The notes beneath the pieces were generated by a model, which saw only the letters and a list, made by a program, of their open reading frames with translations, was not told the origin of the DNA and did no database searches. The position numbers were made by a program, and so were the translations under genes. DNA of 49,799 nucleotides from a virus (Duplodnaviria > Caudoviricetes), in the IMG/VR virus record IMGVR_UViG_3300004806_000004, positions 1 to 49,799 of that record; one strand, given 5' to 3'. Positions 26,872 to 37,700 of this stretch are shown one piece after another. Within the stretch, counting starts at the first letter, position 1; each line of letters opens with the position of its first letter.

Positions 26872-27420
26872 ATGAGCGAAACTACTAAATGGAACAGTGA
26901 AGTGCCGTGGAACAAAGACTCCAACTATATTCTCCGTTGCATCGAAGAAACCTTCGGGCAATCGAAGTCGTCTGGTAAGCCGATGATCACCCTCAATTAT
27001 GAGGTGGTCGCGCCTGAGACGATGGAAGTGGCTGGGGTTACTTACACCATCGCTGGTGCGACTATCGGTCTGACACAGTACCACACCACGGTGAGCATCG
27101 ACGACAAAGGTAACGTTAACATCACCAAGACTCAGTCGTTACGTAATCGGCTTGAGAAGCTGTACGCTGCGTTCGGTCTTGACTTCACTGACTTCAATCC
27201 TGAGAACCCGACACTCGGTTTCAAAGGTAAGACAGTGTATGCGTTACTCCGTAACAACGCTGAGTACCAGCGCAAAGCGCCGACGGCAGAAATGCTGGCG
27301 AAAGGTATTCGGGAGGGTGAAGTTCTCATCAACCCTGTGACGAAGAAACCGTTGCTGTTCAACAAGCCTGAGATCCGTGAGATCTTCGGTCTGGCTGACA
27401 TCGGCGACAAGGCGTATTGA
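26872..27420 (+). CDS. DUF669-like single-stranded DNA-binding protein (putative)
   Basis: SKSSGKPMITLNYEV and LEKLYAAFG patterns, and position after the Sak4-like gene. Confidence 0.65.
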   Translation: MSETTKWNSEVPWNKDSNYILRCIEETFGQSKSSGKPMITLNYEVVAPETMEVAGVTYTIAGATIGLTQYHTTVSIDDKGNVNITKTQSLRNRLEKLYAAFGLDFTDFNPENPTLGFKGKTVYALLRNNAEYQRKAPTAEMLAKGIREGEVLINPVTKKPLLFNKPEIREIFGLADIGDKAY

Positions 27421-27424
27421 TCAT

Positions 27425-27592
27425 ATGAAAATAGCATACATAATACAACTGGCACTGACGGTTGAACAAGAGTCAGAAGATGCGGAGTCTCCGAAAGTTA
27501 AAGAGCTTATAAAAAAGCTTGAAGCTATCAAAGGGATCTCTTGTGTTGAAGTGGTCGACTGTGATGATGCGGACTGTGAGGATGCGGACTGA
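27425..27592 (+). CDS. Small acidic hypothetical protein
   Basis: ATG at 27425, 4 nt after the SSB stop. Confidence 0.5.
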   Translation: MKIAYIIQLALTVEQESEDAESPKVKELIKKLEAIKGISCVEVVDCDDADCEDAD

Positions 27593-27601
27593 TAGTTCAT
27601 C

Positions 27602-27639
27602 GGCGGGATAGCTCTGTGACAAGGGTTGTCCCGCCTTTT
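27602..27639 (+). terminator. Intrinsic terminator
   Basis: GGCGGGATAGCTCT/AGGGTTGTCCCGCC stem followed by TTTT. Confidence 0.7.
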
Positions 27640-27651
27640 GAGTTATCAATT

Positions 27652-29175
27652 ATGCACCTAAGAACACGCCCTCGACTGACCTATTGTGGCCTGACTATCA
27701 TCATGTCGAACCCATCTCGGTTCGATAAACTCCGTCTGCTCTCCGCCAATGGTGGAGCAATGTTCAATGACTTCTGCTTACGACCAGAACTGAATCTAAT
27801 GCAATGTGATGTGCGTGTGATGGAAGATGAATCCCCATTACTCGATGGGACTAAATGCATACTACTGCTAGGTGAAGCGGCCATGTGGAAGTATGGATTG
27901 AACGTATCTCTCAACACGCTTAACGAACTACGTGGGTCAGTTCTCACTACCAAGTGGGACATCCCAGCCATAGCAACCTATCTCCCTCAAGAAGCAACAG
28001 ATCAAATCAATCATGAAGCAACACACAACCCACTCTGTAAATCGCGACAAGCAGAACTGGAAGCGAAAGAAGATGAAGACGAAGGCAACGTCAAAGCACA
28101 CGGCAACACCAAAAGAATCAACTACTCCTTCTGGATGCGCCGTGATGTCTGGAAGTGTAAACAGATTCTTCAAGGTAAGTTTCAACAAAGACATTCGGAC
28201 AGCCCGGTCTATCATATCTACCCATCTGCGGATGAAGTAATAAAACTATTAACCAATACAAAGAATGAAATTCTTGACTTTGATATGGAGACAGACATCG
28301 AGGCCCTCAATCTCCAATGCTTTGCGTTTAGCTTTGGCAACTCTCATGACGTCTATTGTGTGCCTATACTCGACCATACTTATAAAACGGCTTACTCAGT
28401 TTGCCATAAGATACTTCGAGCTTTAGCCATTGCATGTAGGGACAATACAGTAGTAGCACACAATGGTTCGTGTTTCGATTTTCGTGTATTGGCATTGCGG
28501 TATCGCATACCTGTATATAAATGCTATGACACACTGATCGCAATGCACAGATGTTTCCCTGATGTAGAGAAGTCATTGGGGCATTGTGTGAGCTACTGGA
28601 CATGGGAACCATTTCATAAAGATCAAGACTCTCACGGATATAGGACTCATGAGCAGATGATGGACAGGATGAGGTATTGCGCGAAGGATGTTTGGACTAT
28701 GAAGTTAGTTCGACAAGCTATAACAGATTACGCCAAAACTATCCCAGGGTTAACCAAGTCTATTGATGATGCAATGAGGTGTATCCGTCCATACCTAACC
28801 TCTACCATCATAGGAGTTCGGGTAGATGAGCAGAAAGTTAACGATATCGTTAATGAGAATGATAGATTGATGGTGCAGTACAATAGGATGGCAGAGATAT
28901 TGATTGGAAAAGATTCTCTGACACTGATGAAGAATGGATCGAAGTCTATGTTCGCTGGATCGAACAAACAATGCGCACGTTACTTCCATGAACTAATGGG
29001 GTATCCAGTGCAAGGTAAAACTGATGCAGGTGCACCAGCGTTGGGGAAACATTCACTCTATAAATTGGCACTGAAATACACTAACCCAGTGATTCAATTA
29101 GTGTGTATATATAGGTCAACGCAGAAAGAAACCTCTCGTCTACGGTTCACTCCATGGGAAGGGAAACTTGTATGA
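27652..29175 (+). CDS. polA: Family A DNA polymerase, N-terminal part (UDG-like domain, 3'-5' exonuclease, thumb)
   Basis: UDG-fold-like ILLLGEAA...LRGSV...IATYLP, ExoI DFDMET, ExoII HNGSCFD, ExoIII YCAKD, and thumb elements GVRVD and GSNKQ. Confidence 0.8.
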   Translation: MHLRTRPRLTYCGLTIIMSNPSRFDKLRLLSANGGAMFNDFCLRPELNLMQCDVRVMEDESPLLDGTKCILLLGEAAMWKYGLNVSLNTLNELRGSVLTTKWDIPAIATYLPQEATDQINHEATHNPLCKSRQAELEAKEDEDEGNVKAHGNTKRINYSFWMRRDVWKCKQILQGKFQQRHSDSPVYHIYPSADEVIKLLTNTKNEILDFDMETDIEALNLQCFAFSFGNSHDVYCVPILDHTYKTAYSVCHKILRALAIACRDNTVVAHNGSCFDFRVLALRYRIPVYKCYDTLIAMHRCFPDVEKSLGHCVSYWTWEPFHKDQDSHGYRTHEQMMDRMRYCAKDVWTMKLVRQAITDYAKTIPGLTKSIDDAMRCIRPYLTSTIIGVRVDEQKVNDIVNENDRLMVQYNRMAEILIGKDSLTLMKNGSKSMFAGSNKQCARYFHELMGYPVQGKTDAGAPALGKHSLYKLALKYTNPVIQLVCIYRSTQKETSRLRFTPWEGKLV

Positions 29176-30194
29176 GAGATACTTGTGAGTGGGCGATCCA
29201 TGGTACGAAAACCTTTCGCCTCGGGTCGAGGAAGATCAATAAAATCTACGGTGGAAATCTTCAGAACATTGAGAAATCAATGCGAGAAGTCTACATACCA
29301 GACGAAGATAAAACGTTAGTTCAGACAGACCAATCTGGCGCCGAGGCATTAATCGTTGCTTATCTATGTGAGGCAGCAGCCTATAGACAGCTGTTCATCC
29401 ATGGAGTTAAACCACACGTTTATGTTGCACTACACTTGTTCCGTGATATCTGGAAACGTAAAGCCAGAGAACATTCTCTTAGCTCTGAGCTTAGTATTGA
29501 TGCTCTATGCGCTGCACCAATCCAAGCATTGAAGTCATTCCCAGGATGGCGAGATCTTGATGGATTGATTAAGGATTCCGATAACTGGAGCATGAGCGAA
29601 CGGTATTATTACCTAGCCAAACAGACTTGCCATAGTGCGAACTACGGCATCGAGGCTAATGCATTTCGCATGAACATCTTGACGAAGTCTGGTGGTAAGA
29701 TTAACATTTCTCAAGATGAGGCGAGTAGGTTCTTGCAGGTGTATCGTGGGCTATTCCCAGAGATCCCTGATTGGAATAGACGAGTGACGAAACAAGTGAA
29801 AGAGAATAGGATGCTGTTCAATCTACATGGCCATCCCTACACTATCACTGGACATGAGATCACTGACACTCAGATGAAGGAACACATAGCATGGATTCCT
29901 CAATCGACAGTAGGTATGATAACCAATATCGCTTACGCTAATATGGCAGAGTTTATCTATAACAATAAGTTGGACTGGGACTTGCTAACAAATTGCCACG
30001 ATTCTTATTTACTCCAATGTCCGATCAACGAGACGTTAGAGTGTGCGAAGAAATGTAAAGAGTTCATGGAGCAGGAATTTGAATCTCCCTTCGACGGCGT
30101 TAGATTCCGAATGAAATCAGAAACACAAGTTGGCTTCAACTGGGCGCCAGCTAAAGAAAAGAATCCTATGGGATTGAAAGAAATTAAGATATGA
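29172..30194 (+). CDS. polA: Family A DNA polymerase, palm/fingers part
   Basis: GTKTFRLGS, NLQNI, motif A DQSGAE, motif B KQTCHSANYG, PQSTV and motif C CHDS. Starts at an ATGA overlap. Confidence 0.9.
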   Translation: MRDTCEWAIHGTKTFRLGSRKINKIYGGNLQNIEKSMREVYIPDEDKTLVQTDQSGAEALIVAYLCEAAAYRQLFIHGVKPHVYVALHLFRDIWKRKAREHSLSSELSIDALCAAPIQALKSFPGWRDLDGLIKDSDNWSMSERYYYLAKQTCHSANYGIEANAFRMNILTKSGGKINISQDEASRFLQVYRGLFPEIPDWNRRVTKQVKENRMLFNLHGHPYTITGHEITDTQMKEHIAWIPQSTVGMITNIAYANMAEFIYNNKLDWDLLTNCHDSYLLQCPINETLECAKKCKEFMEQEFESPFDGVRFRMKSETQVGFNWAPAKEKNPMGLKEIKI

Positions 30195-31543
30195 CTAACA
30201 GACAACACTGGGATAATTACACATCATCCGTATGTTCACCACAGAACTTCATAGACTGGTCAATTAGATCCGTAATAGGAGCAGCATTACAAAGAAGGGT
30301 CTCTATAAATGGGTGCCCAAAGTATGGGCATTTTCCATTGTTTGCTAACTCTTATACACTTCTAGTAGGTCCAGCTGGAGTTGGGAAAGGTGTCATCATT
30401 GGCCCCGCGACAGATTTATTGAAAGTTCACAAACAGAAAGACTTCTTAGCTGGGCGCAATGCCGGCAATGAGAAAGAAAACATGATTGAGACAGAGGTGC
30501 AGAAGGCCAATCTTAATGATGCAGAGGAATCTACTCAACAGATGAAACGTGGTGAGAAGATTGATCCACCGTTATTTCCTTATGCAGCAGACGCTATAAC
30601 GTATGAGGCGTTAGTGGAGGCGATGGGTGCATCATTTAGACGTGTGAACTTCAAACATATAGATGAATCAGGTGTGCCTAAGATAGATATCTATGGCCAT
30701 TGCTCAATGTATTTTTCGCTCCCTGAGCTAGCGTCATTGATGAGGAAACGAACAGATGATACAGTCAATTATCTACTAGGATTGTTTGATTGCCCAACAG
30801 ATTATGAATACAAAACAAAAACAAAAGGTCAAGACAGAGTTAAGCGTGGATGCCTCAATATTCTTGCTGGCACAACTCCTGAGTTTATGGAGACAATCTT
30901 CGACCAGCAACTTATTGACCAAGGCTTCTCGTCGCGAGTGTTCTTCATATTTGGAGAAAAGAATCGACGACATATCGGACTCCCTGAACCACTCACTAAA
31001 GACCAAATCGAAAGTAGGAAAGTCCTACAAGCTCACACGAAGAAGCTCGCTGGACTATACGGCGAAGTTCAAATCTCTCGAGCAACCAGAGATAAGTTCA
31101 ACAACTGGTGGATCCAAGAACAAGAACAGTTAGCAGAATGTTCACCTAAACTCTTGCCATTCAGAGCTAGGTTAAATATTCATGTTCTGAAAGTCGCTAT
31201 GCAAGAACACTTCCTAGAGCGAACCGACATGGAGCTAACGTGGGATGAGATTGAGATAGCTATTGGGATAGTCAAAGCAGAGATGCAGCATATGCATAAA
31301 GCTTTGACGTTCGAATCAGATAATCCTCTCGCCAAGGTGACTGATAAAGTGTTGAAGTTTATCGCATCTCATGGTAAGACATCACAGATGGATTTGATGA
31401 CAGAGTTCTGGAAGCAGCTGCCGCAAGGTAAGAAGTCAATGGAAGAGATACTAGTTCAGTTGATTCAGGTACAGAAGATCAAAGAAACATTTACAGAAGA
31501 TCCTATAACGAAACGCTCCATGCTACACTACAACGCACTATGA
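30191..31543 (+). CDS. DUF3987-like P-loop ATPase, putative replicative helicase
   Basis: LVGPAGVGKG, ITYEAL, ELASL, LNILAGTTP, GFSSR and a winged-helix-like C-terminus. Coupled to the polymerase gene. Confidence 0.75.
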   Translation: MTNRQHWDNYTSSVCSPQNFIDWSIRSVIGAALQRRVSINGCPKYGHFPLFANSYTLLVGPAGVGKGVIIGPATDLLKVHKQKDFLAGRNAGNEKENMIETEVQKANLNDAEESTQQMKRGEKIDPPLFPYAADAITYEALVEAMGASFRRVNFKHIDESGVPKIDIYGHCSMYFSLPELASLMRKRTDDTVNYLLGLFDCPTDYEYKTKTKGQDRVKRGCLNILAGTTPEFMETIFDQQLIDQGFSSRVFFIFGEKNRRHIGLPEPLTKDQIESRKVLQAHTKKLAGLYGEVQISRATRDKFNNWWIQEQEQLAECSPKLLPFRARLNIHVLKVAMQEHFLERTDMELTWDEIEIAIGIVKAEMQHMHKALTFESDNPLAKVTDKVLKFIASHGKTSQMDLMTEFWKQLPQGKKSMEEILVQLIQVQKIKETFTEDPITKRSMLHYNAL

Positions 31544-31734
31544 CAAACATTAAGATTACACAGAAGGTATTACAGATTCAAATTACCACTAAGACCATTG
31601 ACTCAGGTGAAGGAATAGAAGATGAGAGTGTGCAGATTGAGATGCAAGAAAAAGGAGTAGGTGTGCCAGAAAAATCTGATCTACGCCTACTCTATAATGT
31701 ATTAACTGAGTATCTGAAAGAACCAACTAATTAA
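31540..31734 (+). CDS. Small hypothetical protein, last gene of the + arm
   Basis: ATGA-coupled. Its stop overlaps the convergent stop of the giant ORF. Confidence 0.55.
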   Translation: MTNIKITQKVLQIQITTKTIDSGEGIEDESVQIEMQEKGVGVPEKSDLRLLYNVLTEYLKEPTN

Positions 31735-34700
31735 GGTATAACAGAATCCTTAACCGAATTCAAAGCCTTGTGAGACAAATAATCTCGCAGGGCTTTTTCA
31801 GCTTCCTCAGGGCCCTCGACACGCTGCAGATAGCCGATATACTTAGCGAACTGAAGTGGCATAGATTCCATAGACGGGAACGTATCATACGATGCATGTT
31901 TGAGTGCATCGAGTTTATTCTTCATCACGTCGGGATTATCGTGGTAAGCGTTAACGATATTGCTAATCATTCCAGGGAGCATAGCAATAGCTTTCTGTGG
32001 ATCCTGTTCCATGTGGAATCGTTTAGCTTCGATGTTCATGTACGGGTTAGATGCTGCGTCAACATCGGCATACGGTAACCCTTGCACTTGATCGAACCGG
32101 CGCAGCTGTTGGAGCTTGTCGCCTAACAGTTTCTTATCAGCTTGATATCCGGTAATCAACCCGTGATTGATTCCTTGATTCATTGCGATGCGAGCGAGTT
32201 GAATGTTCGACGATAAAACGTGCATTGTGAAATCACCAATAGCGTCTGCCCAGTTGAAGTTAGGATCAGTTGCTGCAGCGGAGGTCATCTTGCTGATATG
32301 TTCGATTACATCCGATCCAACCTCATCGAGAGGGAATGACATAGATTGAGGATTGTTTTTGTGTGCTATATCAAATGGATACTTAGCAACCTGACCGAGT
32401 AATCCACCGAAACCAGCGTACTGTAAGGATGCCATTAAGTTATAGGCGAGTAGCCCTTTATTGCCTTCTAACCCTTGCTCAGAGTTGGCTATTTCAGTTA
32501 ACGACGGGATGGGATTCTTACGTCCAGTAATCTCTTCTCGTAAGAGTTTGATTGCATAGCCACCGAGAGCAGATCCCATAGCAGCAATAAGTAACGGCTG
32601 TACATTCCCTTGTCGCAAAGGGGTGTAGACATCTTTCATGAATGCATTAGTCCGCGCCGTACTCCAATGCGCCAAAGTGAAGAACCCTGACAGTTCAGAA
32701 TCGTTCAACATCCACTTCGGGAGAGACCTGATGTCTCCTGTTCCATGCAACGCTGTTGCGAATTGAGAAGCCAGCTTGCTCATCTCATCTGGACTGTACG
32801 TTCGTTTAGGATCGAATGATGGATCCAAGTTACGCATCCGTTGAAGCGCGGTCATATCACCAGCTTTCGCTCGATTGATGTTAGCCGGCACGATTACTTC
32901 TCCCATCGCTTGCATCAATCCAGCGTTCAGCTTAGTGGTCAACCCGCCGATAGACGAGATCTGACGGATGATCTTGCCCAATCCTTGCATACGTTCAGCA
33001 GCGTTTTGGCCACCGGTGAGCATATCAATACCAGATCGAGCATCAAGTTTTACAACTCCATTCTCGACAGCTTTAGTGTAACCAGATTGTAGATTAGTTA
33101 ATCCATGAATCAATGCGTGAATAGCAGTAGTCCCGTCGGGTGCTTGAGTCATAGCACCTGGGATACTGGACATAATTTTATGCGATTCTAACGCTGGAGA
33201 GGATGTAAAGGCAGTAGTAATGAGTGACGATATACCACGCTCCAATTGATCGTGAGTCATGCTACGCTTCCATTGATTAGACAATGCCTGTATGTCGGAA
33301 TCATTCCCATTCACAGGTTTAATATCAGACTTAACTCTATTGCCCCAAGCATCTTTCTTGATACCTTGAGCAGCGAGGATGTCGTGGTCTTTCTCCATGA
33401 ATTTATAGTGAGCTAAGTCGGTGGACGCACGGTTGAAATATCTCTGCAATCCACGAATAGGATTAGGTTCTTGGAACTCTTTCGGGAGTGACTCACCCAT
33501 AGCTTTACGATTCGCGTTGAACCAAGCTAAGTTCTGTTCAGGTGTATCACCCATAGACGCCTTCATAGCGTCATTGAATTGACGCAACCGAGTAGTTGCT
33601 TCCTTTGGGGTGAGACCATTGTTGTTCACCAAATGGTCATACATGATCTTATTGTTGGCTTCAACATTCCGTCCCTGACGATAATCATCAGCTACTGATT
33701 GACGCATCATAGACGGCCAATAGTTCTCCATCTGTTTGAGGGATCGGGTAACATATACTGTCTTACCATTCTTCGTTACAGGCTGCACTACCGGCAATCC
33801 CTCTTTCAAACGGAGCACACCAAGTTCATGGAGTAGGCCCCTCAACTTGATATAAGCCGGTCGAATGTCTATATCCATTGGGCCTACATATCTATTGCCA
33901 GTTGACTGTTCTTGAACAATAATGTCACGCAACTTATCACGTTGCTCTTTGCTTAATCCTTCGCCAGCCTGAACAGCACCGTTTGCGAAATGTCCTCTCA
34001 ATTCTGATTCATGATTGAGAGTTTGATGAGCGCGATCGGCGACGAGCTTGTTATTCTCTCCGCCCTTGGCACGGACAGTATCGGTAACGGAACGAGTGAT
34101 GCCGAGAGACTTCTCTGGGGGAGTACCGGTAGTTTTATTCGACTCACCGAGTTTAGATTCGAGATGAGATCTGATAGCTTGCTCATTTACTGGTGCATTG
34201 TGATTAGCTTTGATGTGTTCGATTGCTTTCGAGATAGCAGCGTGAATAGATTCACCAGCTTTGATGGCGACCTTAGCCATGTCGATAGCTGTATTCCACA
34301 CGGCAGGAATAATACCGAAAGCGTGGAGTTGGCCATTAGTATCTATCTTCAATGAGTCGAGTTTATCGGCGATTGAGAATCGTTTACCAAATAGAGCAGG
34401 TTTAGATTCTGGTACTTTGCCAATGTCATATACCCGTGCCGTCACGTCCGTCTTCGGCGTGCCATCAGGGTTACGGAAGATGAGGTTTTTGCGATAATCA
34501 CTATCGCGAGTAAACCCAAGTTCATTCGCTATCTTTTTGTAGTGAATATAGTCATCAGGATACATTGCAAGTTTATATCCACCATCAACGTCAACAGGAG
34601 CAACTTTGAAAGGAGCGTCAAAGTTCCTTGCTGCTTTATCAGCCTCAAAATAGTTGTCATAGACTTTAGAGTTGTGTAACACAGGATTAGCTAATCCAGC

Positions 34701-37700
34701 AAAACTAGTAGATGGAACTAACGTCTTCGCATGCTCCCCAAAACTAGCACGCTCACCCTTACTCCCAGTGAGTTCTTCTGCAATCTTGGGCAAAGACTTA
34801 TCATAGTGCATTCCCATGCCACCTTCAAAAGGTGCACGCGTCATTATGATTTGCTTCCCATCTGAAGTTAGTTCGAACTTAGCTCCATGTTCTTCATAAG
34901 CTTTTGTGAGTTTCTCCAACAACACTTGAGGAGCTTTAGGCTTGTCAAAGTCAAGCCTATCTTCATCCTTCATGAAATATTCTTTTGCCTGATAGTTGGC
35001 CCGGTCTACATACTTACGCGCTTGATAAATATCCTTATCATGCTCCTCACTTATCATCGCTGTCTCTGCATCACTTATCGCTATCTTCGTAGCACCCTCT
35101 TGGCGAGCGTGTTCGATAGCAGCTTTGAGTGCGAGGCGTTCGTAGTGCGGGAGGAGGGGGTCTTGTAGCTTATGCTCCGTGATCCGAGACTCAGGATAAT
35201 GTTTATCTACATAATCTTTGATAGCAGCCTCTTTGGTGGGAAACACAGTTTCGCCACCATACTGTTTTACATAGTATCCTTGATGTTCTCCTTCGAACTC
35301 GTAAGGCACAACCTTATCAGCAACACTATTGATATCAACCTTGTGGTCAGCAACTTCTTGGCGTAAACGCTGCGCCCAATCACTCTGCACTTCAATCACA
35401 TGAAACACCTTCTCCCCTGCTGGCGTAGTCTCCATATACCCACGCAAGAAGCCGAGGGTGTTCGGAGGGAAGCCGTGGGAGGAGGGGAATTGTTCGCCAC
35501 GCTCAGCTGCGCTAGTGGTGCGCATATTGCCTACAGTCTTGTCTTTTGTGTAAGCACCAATCTTCAACGGCTTCACCACCGCAATCTCCACATATCCCGG
35601 CATATCATGTTCCGCTTTAGGGGCTACGAAGGACCAGTGGGCGGACGGAATATCTTTAACCGATTCTTTATCTAAAGTCTTTTTCAACTCCATCAATCGT
35701 TGACGGTCGGCTTGTTGTTCAGGTGTCCAGTTATACGAAGAGTCGTGTGGGTCATGTAACGAATCAAATTTATGATACAACGCATTATACTCCCTACGCT
35801 CTGGTGACAATGCCCCCTCCCCAAACTTCTTCACCTCCACCTTCGGAGTATGCTCTTCAAACCATTTAATAGCATCATCCTTACTGATGTATCTATTCTG
35901 GAAATGTTCAATTACTCCTTGACTCTTATACATCTCTTGTTCAGTCGGCGACAGCTTGTTGAAGATCGTGCCCAACAGTTGCGTACCGTGAAACGCACCA
36001 GACGTGTTAGGCTTAATCCCCAATTTCCCATCACGAATAAGATCCGCAGCGTTAGTGCTAAATGCACGATCTCCATCAGTGAGTGATTGATGAACATATC
36101 GACGAACAGCATCCTCATTAAATGAAGGAGAGTTCTGTTTCAGATAGTTCACGAACGCCTCAACAGCTTCATGAATCTTACCACCAGCGGTGATAATACC
36201 CTTAGCCATTTCCAACCCAGTATCCCACACTTTAGGCAACAAACCAAACGCATGGAGTTGATCAGGACTCTGATTGGATTTCATCTTGTCTAACACTCCA
36301 TGCATATTATCAACCCACGATTTGTTACCAGTAAGAGGATTAACTACTGGCGGGTTTTGCTTTGTAACTTTAGTCTTGCCAAATGTCTCAGACAGAATTT
36401 GATCCTTCTGTTCTTTGGTAAGTGTAGGATCATTAAGCAAAGCCTCTCTGACAGATGGATTAGATAGATCTTGCTCATTAAACATCCTACTAGGATTCTT
36501 TCCCTGAGCAATCATGTGCTCATTAACCCAGTCAGGTAACTTAGGATTTACTTTTTGATTCGTTTTAGTTTCTTTACTTGATGTGTCTCCGGCAGACTGT
36601 TGTAATCCACCGGACTCTCCTTCTGCCACTGGTGGAGTAGCTGAGGGTGTTTGACTGCGAACATCTTCCACTGAGCCTTTGATTTGATTGGCATAATTTT
36701 TAGATATAGTTAGTAGACGTTGAGCATGCTCATCAGATAGATTGGGCATGTCTTCCCTTAGAATGTTCTTAACTGCATTAACATTGCCAGCCTTTTTATC
36801 GGTTAACAATTTAGCTAAGGGAATCTTATTCTGTTCGATGAAAGCTTCGTCAGATAATTTATTCCAAGACTTCATGAAGGCTTCCGATACCTTTTCAGAT
36901 GATGGGAGCTTATCTAACTCATCATGCGGTATTTCATGTACTGTGCCGGATTGATCCAATACCTTAACACTAGTCTGTCCATTGTCAACTACTGTCCCTT
37001 TCAAAGGTTCATCTTCATCGGAATGAATCTCAACTTCATCTCCGTGTTGGAGAGTCCGTGCATACTGCTCAATTTCATCTTCCTGATTAGCCTTCATCTC
37101 GTTGTCTTCCAAGCGTAAATTGTGCGTGACCTGATTACCAGTCAGCAGTGCCTGTAAATCATCGTCAGCTTTCCCTAGAGACTCTCTGTGTAGGAAATCC
37201 CGCTTCTTATCGGGATCCATTTTTAATGCTCTGTCACGGATAGTAAGTATCCGTTCACGCTCGACAGGGTCAATGTCATTAGATGGCACTGGTTGAATAC
37301 TGTCTAGTTTACTTTTGAATAATTTAGAAATTGATTTATTGCCTAATTCGTATTCACCATTAGGATTCTTGTTGTTAAATTGGCTTACGATATCGTTAAC
37401 GTCAGTAGAAGGTTCAGCAGCCTGTTGCTCAGGGCGAATACCGCTACTAGACGATGTAACTTCAGCAGCAGGCTCATTCTTAACCTTCCCGCGATTCATC
37501 AATCTCTCTGCCCACTTAGCTTGACCACTGAACAGAGCCCCACCTGCAACTTGCGCGCCTAGTTCAGTTCCAGACGGAAGGCCCTGCCCAGTGGCTAAAC
37601 CGATACCAGTGTTAATAGCCGGATTAACACCAGCGTTCATGATGGTATGAACTAAAGCTTCCTTAGCAGCGGGAGACATTGCCCCCTTACCGATCAAGCC

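Noticed and set aside
29161-29167. GGGAAAC as a -1 frameshift site fusing the two polA ORFs
   Set aside because: In the upstream frame it reads GGG AAA C, not X XXY YYZ, so tandem slippage is not supported. The ATGA overlap explains coupling.
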